Assembly: GCA_052327205.1 (NCBI GenBank) | Contig: CM126218.1 | Coordinates: 54,126,001-54,190,000, forward strand | Length of the DNA: 64,000 nucleotides | Source of the DNA: Somniosus microcephalus | Lineage: Eukaryota | Direction of reading: 5' to 3' | Shown: one piece after another, positions 22,491 to 33,477 of the stretch | How the letters are laid out: each line of letters begins with the position of its first letter | Position numbering within the stretch: the stretch's first letter is position 1 | Position numbers and translations under genes: made by a program | The notes under the pieces: generated by a model | The model's database searches: none | What the model saw: only the letters and a program-made list of their open reading frames with translations | Told to the model about the DNA's origin: nothing

Positions 22491-25400
22491 GCATTAAGCA
22501 GTTCTCATTTTTCATCTCTATCATTTTGAGTCATTTATTTCCCCACGTTAGATACCTCTGATCTGTGAACCCTCCCCCAACGAAAAGGCTTGTTAGAGAA
22601 CCTGTGCTACGTTTCTGCCAGTGCCACTTTTTAAGCTGCCTATAGACAGTGTGTAACCTACCTTCCCTCCCTGTGGACAAGCGCTTGAACAACATTTCCC
22701 AACTCCTCTAATGGCCTAGTTACAATAAGGTGCTCCTCGTGTAGGAACTGTGAGCAAGAACTTGTAACACAGCATGCTCCTTCATGACCACACAGGGCCA
22801 AAGAGATTGCCCTCAAGACGTAGATAATTTAAAGTAAACTGGTGACAGATGGTAAAATTAGAACAGCACAAATTATAACTTCCCAGAAGTTTTGCAGTGC
22901 ATATTGGTAAAATATCAACCAGATTTGGGCTCAGGAATCTGAATTGAACAGATTTGCTCATCCCTAATAGATATTAAGGATTCTTATCTGCAAACTGGTC
23001 TTACTTTCATTCTGAATATTATTTAATACATTCTCCGTAAAGTTCACATATATTACATGATGAAGATTGTTCATTAAAATGAATAGCCTCAGTATCAGTA
23101 TGACTTCACATTTCTTCTGTTCTGTGAATATGAAAGAAATGAATTCAGGATTCTGCACACTGCCTATTCAGGCCAAATTTAAAAACTTGTTTACAATTAT
23201 ATGTTCTTTGAAATATAAGAAATACAGCTGTGAAAATTTAGCCTTTTTTAAGTCCTGTATAAATGTCATTGTCAGATATTCATCACTATGTTGCTGCCAT
23301 TTTCCCTCAAAGTATTTGCATGAAACTAATGCAAACTACATTTGAAAGAACAAAATGTATGTGGAAAAAGTTACCCCTTTTCCCAGGCTTCATGCGTAAC
23401 TCTCTGAAATACTTTGAATTCTTTTGCTCCTTCCATTTAAAGAGACAGCCCTTTGGAGGCTATTGATTTTGTTTGTGTTTGATGTGCTGCTTTTATAGAC
23501 TTGTTGTAGGAGTTCCTTTGGCGTTCTTGCATGCGTGCATTGTGGGAAACAACCATTGTAAGCTTGCTGCCTGTAGTAACATTTTTGGTAAGTTGCCATT
23601 GATTAATTGAAGTACAGTGGAAGAGACTGAGGAATTTGTAATACATTGGTAATATTGCACCACAGAATACTGCCACTTAACTCATGGATTACACCACTCG
23701 GGAATCTTGAACAAGCACTTGCATTAACTAAAAGATATAGTTTTCCGCATTTGATTTTAATGCTATTTCCCTGCCATTTCTGCTCCAATATTCTCCAGTT
23801 TCCAGGGTTTTACTGGAACCAACTCTAGACTCCAGTTCCTAACAATTTATGACTGGGCTCAAAACAATCAAAAAAAGTAAATCATCTCAGCTACCAGAAG
23901 TCATTTAGGAAACATCATAGAAACATAGAATTCTACCATAGGTCCATCTCATCTGCTGTCCTACTGTCCTCGCAGTTGTATGTCATAATGTGTTTCTCTT
24001 CAAAATACTCATCCAAATTTTCCCTGAAGACGTCTAAGCTGCTTGCCGCTGCAATAAACAACCACCATCCCGGTAATGTTTCCTCACATGCTGCCCGAAT
24101 CTACTTCTCAACTTAAAGCTCACGAGCCCTCGTTCTGCCATCACGTACTAAAACAATTAGCCCCGACTGATCCGTCACATTTACAAAAGGTGCACCTATA
24201 TTTTTGGATAGGCAGATAATGTATGGTTCTTTTACTGGATTGTTGCTATGGATACATCCTGCACAAGACTGAGGTTTTGTTCTGTAAGATTGTTGATGAA
24301 TTTTGTGCCCGTCGAGGGATGTCAATAATAAAACCAGCGAGTGCTGGAAAGGCACAACAGATCAGGCAGGATCTGAGAAACGGGTTAATGTTTAAAGTGT
24401 AACCCTTCATCAGAATGCCTGTCATAAACTGTGGTAACCATGGTACCTTAATCCACAATGTTTGAAAATGCAGTCTGACAGAAAACTTTTGAAAGGGGGT
24501 TCTCTTGAATATATTAGTTTCAAAGATTAGCAGAGAATCCATCAAATCGTCACCAGACATGACATGCCATACAGTTCACTACAATAAGATGTAAAATAAC
24601 CAAGGGGTTAGCGTAGATCTAACATACTAAGGTGGCTCTGGTTGCTGTGGGGAAAAATAATTCAGCCTAGTATGTTTCATATCCTGGCAACAAGGATTTC
24701 TGTTACCATGGTTGCAGCTCTGGATCCATAAAATTCAAAGATGTGTGTTTTTTTTGTTGATTGGCGATAGAATCCATTTTATGCATAGGGACTGTAAGTC
24801 TATGGGTGTGCCACTGTTATAATCCAGAAAGCTGAGAGGGGAAGGGGTGGGGAGGGGGCTCTTGTCCCAGAAAATAGAGGGGAAATTGTCTGGAATCACT
24901 TTATGACACTCTCGCACCAGAGACCAGTAATAAATAGTGGTGGAAATAGAGTAGAAGCATTGTTAGAAGCTTAGGAGCTGGTTGTAGGCCTCTCTTAACA
25001 ATAGGCCTGTGGCACATAGCATGCGGGCCAGCAAAAAAGGGGGAACGTGACCAACAGAATGAGGTATTTTTTCTTTTTGAAATACATAGGAAAAAAAAAC
25101 TGAAATCCAAGACCGTAGGTTTATCAGGTTCCAACCAATGGAATGTTTAACAGTGATGTGAGCAGGCAGCCACAGTTGCACTGCCCACTCTCATTGCTGT
25201 TGGATGGGAGAATGCAAGAGCTCTACACGTTTGTACTCAAACACGTGCTTGGAGTACTGATCACTGGCCTCAAGCTGCTGCTGAGATTTCCCATCATAGA
25301 ATAGAGCTGACAGGACAGGACAGTGAGCTCTATTCCATCCTGTGGCACACTGAGCCTGCTGAATTATCTAGACTTAAAACGTGGCTATATGTTGTCGATG

Positions 25401-27800
25401 TGCAATACGGATGATGTGCAGTCTTGCAATCAGCCCCGAACTGCTTATTTCTGCAAAATTGGTAACATTATGTTGTGCATTTGGTGTCAGTGTGGTGCAA
25501 AAGATGGTGATGCACTGATTCCAAATGAGACCTAAGAATGTCATTCTGAACACAATGCAATCAGGTTTCTTTCTTGGGTTGACCCTACCTGTATCTGGAC
25601 CCAATCCAAATTAAAGGTGCAACAAGGCATGACCACCTATCATCTCTTACATAACATAATATTCACATTGCTGCTTAACATCTTTTACTAAAATAATTTG
25701 ACCAGATTTGTATTATCCTGCACACAGATGCTTTAATTTTATAAATGACTAGCCCAGTGGGTTTTTTTTTAAAGTCATCGTAAAGTGGCCAGTTTCTTCC
25801 TCTGTAATTCGTCATTTTTATTTTGTTGTTGTGTAAGCTGTTTTGTATAATTGCTTCTGACTCTTATTTTTCTTTCCATGGCCACATGTATCGGAATGCG
25901 ACGTGACCTGCTTACCTCATCATATCAATGTCTTGATGCATGCTGCATGGTTGGTAATGTCATGGGGTCTTCTGTGCATGTAAACTACTGCCGTTTAATT
26001 CCGTACGATGTGTTATTTAATGAGGGTGATCCCTGTGTCTGTATTGTACAATATAACAAAACCCATTATCTACTCTTGTTGTGTCAAGAGAAAGTATTCT
26101 GTTGACATGCAGCCGGTGCCTGCGGTCTGTCTGCAGGAACAGGATGTTGCTGCATTAGGCAGCTGCAGTAAGGCGCTCCTTGGTCCATCGATAAAAGCTG
26201 CACTGGTCACCAATCCACTTTTATAAGTGAATATAAGTTTTGCAGACGCTATATGAAGCCAATATATGATTGGCATGTTGTAATAGATATGTTTACTGAT
26301 ATTTGGTAAGTGTTAAAACAGTTCAGTTAGACGAAAAGAGACTGATTTGATACGATCTTGTGTTTCTTTCCTGACCTTGGATTAATAATGGGGCTGAAAT
26401 CTACTTTTTTTTTTAACATCCCGATTAAATGTGAGATGTACGCTGAGAAACTGGATCAGTTTGATTCCTGTGTCCATTGGTGAGCGGATCATCGTTGGAT
26501 CCCAATGCTTGGCAACTTTCTAAATTCCCTCACCTGATTTCAATATTGACACGTTGGAAAAAAATCCAATTTCTAACCGCTACAAAATAAGTGTTTTGAC
26601 CCCAATCAGAACAGCTGCAGTAGTAAGCCCATCAGACTACATAAAAGGGAGCTCACATTTTCATGACCAATTTGAATGATAGTTGCATTTGCAAAAAAAA
26701 ATCTGCCTGCTATTCAGAACATGGCTTGCAGTCAAATTGTAAGATTCCAATTGTAATTCATTCTCTCATTCTCCAACCAAAACCCTAGTGCTCAGGAAAG
26801 AGGATTTGAATCCTCAGTTCAATGGTAATTGAGAGTGGCATTCATTCACCATTGCCTGTGCCATGTGATGCTACAGCTCCACGTAGTTCCTGTGTAAAAC
26901 AATTCTACATGTAAAATCCACATCAAATTGTTAAATAGTGCATAGCATCAGCAGAATGTACAATCGGTATTAGGAGGAGATGCCACTTGTCTCAAACATT
27001 CCCTATGATCCCAGTAGGGTAATTAAAATGGATTATCTGACCTTACTATTCCTTGTAGTTAGTAGAGATTAATTTTGTGGAGCTTTGCTCTTAATGGGCC
27101 GTAAATTAAATAAAACATACCAAAAAATGTGTTGATGTATCTCTTGCAAATTGAAAAATTGATGCAGAGAAAAGCTGAACCTTGCTGAGGAGCGTGATCA
27201 CGTAAAGTATTGACTATTGCCAACAGGGCTGAATGACAGACTGTAACATTTACATTGGGCTCATTAAACCAGACAGTTGCTCTATTCTGTTCCCGAGAGT
27301 GCACAGTCCTTATTGTACTGGATAATATAACTAAATTCATCCAGTTTCACCTTTGGAGATGCAGGAGAAAGCCATTGCTGCTATAATTCAATAGCTCTAC
27401 GTGTTACATAAAGGTTAAACCACAGAACAGTTAATTGCGATGGTGTAATGCCGATGGGTGTTAATCCGGGCCAAATGTCAATAAGCATCCATACAATAAG
27501 AAGGTTAAAACAGTTGCCGTAGAAGAAATATTATACAGCAAATGCATTCAGTTCAATAATCTCCCACCAACACTTCTGAAATGTAACATTACGCCTGAAT
27601 ATTACATAGAATGAGATGTTGGAGAAATTGTTTCCTAAACAACCTTTTTGTTTTATCTACGGCTAACCTTTTGTTTAACCATCCTTACTGAGAAGGGCAC
27701 AAAAATAAATCTAGACTGTACTGGTTCGGGCTCAAATGTTGAACTTTATGTCGCATAGTATTTTCCATTTATTGTTTGATGATTATTCCTTTTGGTTTAG

Positions 27801-27872
27801 AATCCTAAATCTCAGGAGCCCGTCACTTTGGATTTTCTAGATGCTGAACTGGAGAATGAAATTAAAGTGGAG
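27801..27872 (+). CDS. CACNA2D1: alpha2delta-1 exon: NPKSQEPVTLDFLDAELENEIKVE (region B alternative acceptor at 27816)
   Basis: tttag|AAT...GAG|gtaaga, 72 nt; an internal tctcag|GAG gives the 15-nt-shorter form. Confidence 0.95.
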
Positions 27873-28479
27873 GTAAGATGATCTTAGTTGGCCAGCGACA
27901 ACCGACAGTGGAATGTCAAAGCCTTTTAACTCCATAATGTCTGGATTCACTTTAAAAATAATAATAATGTGAGCTGGTTCATATGTAAATTGCCTGTATT
28001 TTTTTCCGTGGCTTTTTGTGTCGTGCAGGTCATGTGCTTACTTGAAGAAACTTTGCCTTCTCCTAATTGGACATGACAGCCTGTCTGTGTAATCATGAAC
28101 AGACTCTGGCTGGCAAACTTTCAGTGCCAATTGGCCTGACCACGGGAGATTATTTCAGTTTAGCAGTTAGGTAGCTTGTATGTGCTGCGGTGTGTGCCTC
28201 ATTTTTAAATAAAAAACTTTTTTTATTTTAGTGAAATTGTACCTTTTTTGGCAACCATTCAGGTCTTCGAACTGCTGAACAGTGTTATCATTCCTGGAAA
28301 ATCTAAGCACTGATTGCTGGTTAATGGGATGCCACTGGAATATAATGACTGGATTGTCTGTCTATTCTTAAAAGTGCATGTATCCACGTCTAACACTATG
28401 CCAAAAACTCAAAACCAAATTGATGTGATGTGGATCACATGGGTTCGGGTGGATGCAGAGTGATAGAAGATTTGAGGTT

Positions 28480-28570
28480 AGGATCAGATCAGCCATGATC
28501 TTATTGAATGGTGGAGCAGGCTCGAGGGGCCGATTGGCCTACTCCTGCTCCTATTTCTTATGTTCTTATG
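28480..28570 (+). mobile_element. CR1 3' terminal fragment
   Basis: gatcagccatgatcttattgaatggtggagcaggctcgaggggccgattggcctactcctgctcctatttcttatgttcttatg. Confidence 0.85.
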
Positions 28571-28829
28571 TGCTTTCTACAAATAATCTAACTGCTGTGC
28601 TCTACACTATAAAGGAACAATTTTGGTTGCAACTCTGTAAAATACAGAAGAAAGGGAGTTTCAACACACTATTTCACCTATGACCAGCAAATTACCTATG
28701 GCATTGCCCATGGTCAGTTGATAAATATAAAGATGACAACCAATTTGGAAGAGAGACTTCAGAAACTCTCCAGAGAGCCATCCAGGGCTCAAGCCTACAA
28801 GAAGATTGTGACATTTGACCTAGGGTGTT

Positions 28830-29005
28830 TTTTTAATTCATTCATGGGATGTGGGCGTCGCTGGCAAGGCCAGCATTTATTGCCCATCCCTAATTGCCCT
28901 CGAGAAGGTGGTGGTGAGCCGCCTTCTTGAACCGCTGCAGTCCGTGTAGTGAAGGTACTCCTACAGTGCTGTTAGGGAAGGACTTTCAGGATTTTGACCC
29001 AGCGA
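28830..29005 (-). mobile_element. LINE 3' end (same family as 50520-51400)
   Basis: gggatgtgggcgtcgctggcaaggccagcatttattgcccatccc is the reverse complement of the tail at ~51330-51380. Confidence 0.8.
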
Positions 29006-29668
29006 ATTGAATTGGCAGAAAAGCATGCATTAAAATCATGACAGGAAGTAAGGTTTGTGAACAGGAAGTAGGTGCCCTGCACGAAATTTTTAATAATCTA
29101 TTGATTAGAATTGTGATGACGCTCCTCAAATGTTACTAATTCGAACTGCCATTACCTATATTTTTCTTGTGTGTATAGACATATATATGTAGAATTAAAT
29201 GTTTGTGGTAATTGAAGAGCTGGTGAATGAAACTGAAAAAAGTCCACAACATTTGGTAGCAGCTAATCTTGAGTTTTATGAACATGTGTACGTTTCCAGA
29301 ACATGGCAAAGTTCTTAATTCCCAAAGGCAATATTGATTTTAAACAGTGTCTTTGAGCCATTCATGTATCCATCATGATACACTTTGATTCCTGTAATTC
29401 ATGATGTTGCACTTACAAATTCATCTATACGTTTCTTCTAGAGGGTACATTCGTACTACTTCTTTGTACTTTGTCATGACTCTACTACTGTGCCCTTGGC
29501 CCCTTTCTTTATAGAGTTACATGTTAAACTAGCTTTGGAAATGGCTTCATTGAGCTCTGCTTGAGGTAGGGCTGCAGAGCAGTTTGGAGGCATTGTCCCA
29601 TATTAGTCACTGGATCAAACTATTGCACAAAACTGAATAGCTGCAAGTTATTAATTGATGTCTTCTAG

Positions 29669-29740
29669 ATTCGACACAGCATGATAGAAGGGCAAAATGG
29701 TGAGAGGACTCTCGACACACTAATCAAATCCTACGATGAG
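29669..29740 (+). CDS. CACNA2D1: alpha2delta-1 exon: IRHSMIEGQNGERTLDTLIKSYDE
   Basis: ttctag|ATT...GAG|gtacag, 72 nt; aligns with [24 protein letters not shown]. Confidence 0.92.
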
Positions 29741-30732
29741 GTACAGTCTATAACTAATTGCTTATCTAATTGGTCTCTGTGTTGAGAATTTTTTTAAAGA
29801 CAGAAATGAATTGCTTCAAGGAAGGCATAAGCAGTGTACTTTGTTTTTCAATATTTACTGAGTCTCAGATGTGACAATCAACAGGTATAAAGAGTCAGCC
29901 TTCACTACAATCACCCAGGACAAGGTTATATTACTAGAGTGTTGGTGTTAAATAGATGTTGTGCTAAGACATGTTTTGCTAATCCTCTCTAACAATGCAA
30001 ACATAGTTCATTTGATTGCCTCCCTGCAGTTAGCGTTGCTGGGATTTCTTTCGTCCCCTCTCTTCTGAAGGATTGATTCTTCCTGAGATGTGTTTCCACC
30101 TGTACCACTAACCCTTCAGTAGCTCACTGATTGCCCACTCTACATCACTGAGCCCAGATTGTAAGTGCTGAGGGAGGAGGCAAGGCATCATATGCAAGCC
30201 GTCACAGTGCAAGGAAAGGCAAATCAAATCAAATGTGCAACAAGCACTCTGATCATTTTGATATTTTTTATAACATTTAATAATTAATCGTTTTTCAAGT
30301 AATCAGAATAAAACTAGTAGTCTTCCTTGATGCAGGCACTTTGGAACAATTTTCCACGTTCAACTGTTTTCAATTTTAACACTTAAGGATCCCTGCCCCT
30401 GACAGGGTTGCAAATGTTGCATGTCGCTGGTGTCATGTGCTGCCATTCCTCCACAGCACAAGCACAAAAGCAGCAGCAACATTCTACATATGCAGCATTT
30501 TTAACACTTAGACTGCCGGTGGGTCCAGCGAATCCCCAGTCTCTTTCTGCTGGACCAACCAGTTTTCAGTTCTTGTAAAGTGATGATGAAAATATTAATA
30601 TTACAATAATTACAATAATAAAAGCTGTTGAAATGTCAGGAATAGCACTTTTACTACAAATTAAATGCTCAAAGTATAATTTTAACACTAAGTATTAGTT
30701 CTAGTTACAGTTATTGCCCTTATTCCCTCGGA

Positions 30733-31023
30733 GGTGCCGTCTTTCGGACAAGACGTTAAACCGAGGCCCCGCCTGCCCTCTCAGGTGGACATAAAGATCT
30801 GTCAAGTTATCCCCGGTGTCCTGTACAACATTTATCCCTCAACCAACATCACTGAAAACAGATTATCTGGTCATTATCACATTGCTGTTTGTGGGAGCTT
30901 GCTGTGTGCAAATTGGCTGCCACGTTTCCTACATTACAACAGTGACTACACTTCAAAAGTACTTCATTGGCTGTAAAGCGCTTTGGGACGTCCAGAGGTT
31001 ATGAAAGGCGCTATAGAAATGCA
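30733..31023 (+). mobile_element. Deu-domain SINE (SacSINE1/AmnSINE1-like)
   Basis: ggtgccgtctttcgga...gttaaaccgaggcccc...tcattatcacattgctgtttgtgggagcttgctgtg...aaagcgctttgggacgtcc. Confidence 0.85.
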
Positions 31024-31125
31024 ATATACTACTGCAAATCACAGTACACAGATATATAATGTTGTGAAGGATACTGAAAGTAATTTTGAATTGCGATATT
31101 AAACAACCTTCTCTTGTCTTCACAG

Positions 31126-31187
31126 AGGCATATTGACAAAGGGACTCGAACATACACATGGACTCAAGTAAATAGTACAGATTACAG
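31126..31187 (+). CDS. CACNA2D1: alpha2delta-1 exon: RHIDKGTRTYTWTQVNSTDY(S)
   Basis: cacag|AGG...AG|gtaatg, 62 nt, phase 0/2; aligns with [21 protein letters not shown]. Confidence 0.94.
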
Positions 31188-31200
31188 GTAATGAAATATT

Positions 31201-31640
31201 GGCCCAGAAATTCGTGAACGGGGCTTGCAGCGCGTGCAAGCCCCGTATTTGCACTTACCCCGCGCTCGTGCCGATCAGCTTCTGGGACGCCTGAACTTGC
31301 AGAAATAGAAAGCACATTCCCGGGCAGCGTATGATGTCACGCCGCCCAGGAGTGCAGCCAGCGCGAAGCCAGGAGCGTGCAGTGCAAGTGAGACACGCCC
31401 CTTGAGGTCTCAGTTTCACTGGACATGCCCCCAATGTTTCTGTCAAGCTCCTAAGCATCTTTACATGCAAAGCAGCAGTTTAAATAGGTTTTTGGAAGTT
31501 TTTTGAAGATTTTGGTAACTTTTATAAACTTTTTAAAATGTTTACATTATTTTGAGTAATCTGAAGTAGTTTTAAAGAGAATTAAAGCAATTTAAAGACT
31601 TTTAAAAGCCCTAAAAGAATTTTTTTAATTCCATTTATTT
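31201..31640. mobile_element. Left portion of a Harbinger-like MITE (family of 36515-37281)
   Basis: ggcccagaaatt terminus followed by the hairpin ggggcttgcagcgcgtgcaagcccc, as at 36515. Confidence 0.7.
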
Positions 31641-31650
31641 ATTTAGCAAT

Positions 31651-32427
31651 GTCGTCGTCATACGTGTCTTCACACTGTTCCCTTTGGGGAACTGTATGAA
31701 GTGGTGGAAGGATTTATGGCCGTGATTAACGCTCATTCCGTGACCGTAACCATCTTTGAACCAGCCATTAGGGCGGTTAGTGCTATGGCGGGAGGGTTTT
31801 ACGGGCTCCCACAAGCTATACAAGGAGGGGGGGCCACCCACACCCACGGACGCAAATATCCCACTGGATGTCAACCCCAGAATTTAGAGCCGGAGCTCCG
31901 ACTCCACTTGCCGGGACTGTCTGGAGCGGGGTTCAGAAACCCTACCCTGATCTGGCCCAGCGGCGGGGATCCTACCGCTATGACAAACGCCCAATCCGAT
32001 TAGCAACGTGAGATGGCAGCATAGGGCTCCAGTCACGGGGAGGGAAAAGGCGCAGGAAACGTATGGGTGTCACCTTTTGTGCGGAGTGGGCCTTTTGCGT
32101 AGCAGTAAGCATCCCCGCCGCTGGGCCAGAAGGAGTAGGGTTTTGAACCCCACTCCAGACAGTCCCGGCAAGTGGAGTCGGAGCTCCAACTTCAAATTCT
32201 GGGTGGACATCCAGCGGGATACTTGCGTCCGTGGGTGTTGGTGGCCCCCCCCCCTCAGATGGGTTGTGGGAGCCCGTAAAACCCTCCCGCCATAGGACTA
32301 ACCACCCTAATGGCTGGTTCAAAGATGGTTACGGTCACGGAATGAGCGTTAATCACGGCCATAAATCCTTCCACCACTTCATACAGTTCCCCAAAGGGAA
32401 CAGTGTGAGGATACGTACGATGATGAC
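31651..32427. repeat. Long inverted repeat (~330-bp arms, ~120-bp spacer), possibly a non-autonomous DIRS-like element
   Basis: 31651-31980 is a close reverse complement of 32099-32427, which also produces mirror ORFs in the ORF track. Confidence 0.88.
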
Positions 32428-32525
32428 CTCTTGCGCAATGCACCTCCTTGGGCCCTCAGTCGCAGATGCGAGGGGGCAAGTCGTGCAATTGTTAAATTTT
32501 TTATTTTATTGACATGTAAAATGTT

Positions 32526-33477
32526 GGCCCAGTAATTCCCTTCCAAATGCGCTAGTACGGTCGGGGTGCTTACGCATCTGGCCAGATGAAATGCCGGTTT
32601 TCAGCATTCACAGTGCATGTGGGGAAAACTGGCATTTCCTGTCCTCTGAACGAAGGGGTTCAGAGGCAGAACGCGTGCGACTGCACAGGCAGCGCGTGCG
32701 CAGTATAATTCGCCGCTTTCATTAATGCTTTCAGTGAGGTCCAGTCATTACAACTTACACATGAAAAAAGCATGGGTACAGTTGCTCCAGAGGCTGCGGA
32801 GGAAGATATTTCTTATCGTGGAGCTTCTGAAAGTATGTATGTCTGTATATATTCCTTTGCGTGTTATGTATATATTCCTTTACTTATGTGTATGAATGTA
32901 TTATTTAATTATGACTTTCAGAGAAAGTAACTTATTGGAAAATCATAATTAAAAACATACATTCATACACATTAGTAAAGGAATATAAAACATACATACA
33001 TATACGTAAAGGAATATATGTGGGCATACATACATAACTCATTCTCACATTCCATTCACACAGCCACAATTGCTCCTTCTACCTACCATTCTGAAAACCC
33101 TTTTTAAAAAAAAAAAAAAAAAATTTAAACTTTAAAACTTACTTAAAATTTCTTAAAATAACTTCCCTCCCTTTCCCAAACAAAAATATTGCATTTCAAA
33201 AGCTCCACGATAAAATATATCTTCCTCCGCAGCCAATGAACAACTTTACACTTGCTTTTTTCAAGTGTAACTTCTAAGGACTTACCCTCACGGATTTCAT
33301 GAATGAAATCTACGAAGTTCACTGCGCAAGCGCTGCCTGTGCAGTCGCACGCGCTCGAGGTCTGGAAATGCCGGCGTTCCCCGCATGCGCTGTTCATGCT
33401 GAACGCCGGCATTTCCAACGGCCAGAAGCGTGAGTAAGCCGACCGTACTCACGCTTCTGGCCGCGAATTTCTGGCCC
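32526..33477. mobile_element. Fold-back (largely palindromic) Harbinger-like MITE
   Basis: Termini ggcccagtaattc / gaatttctggccc; internal inverted blocks (e.g. gcggaggaagatat...atatcttcctccgc) and an AT-rich palindromic centre near 32930. Confidence 0.75.
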
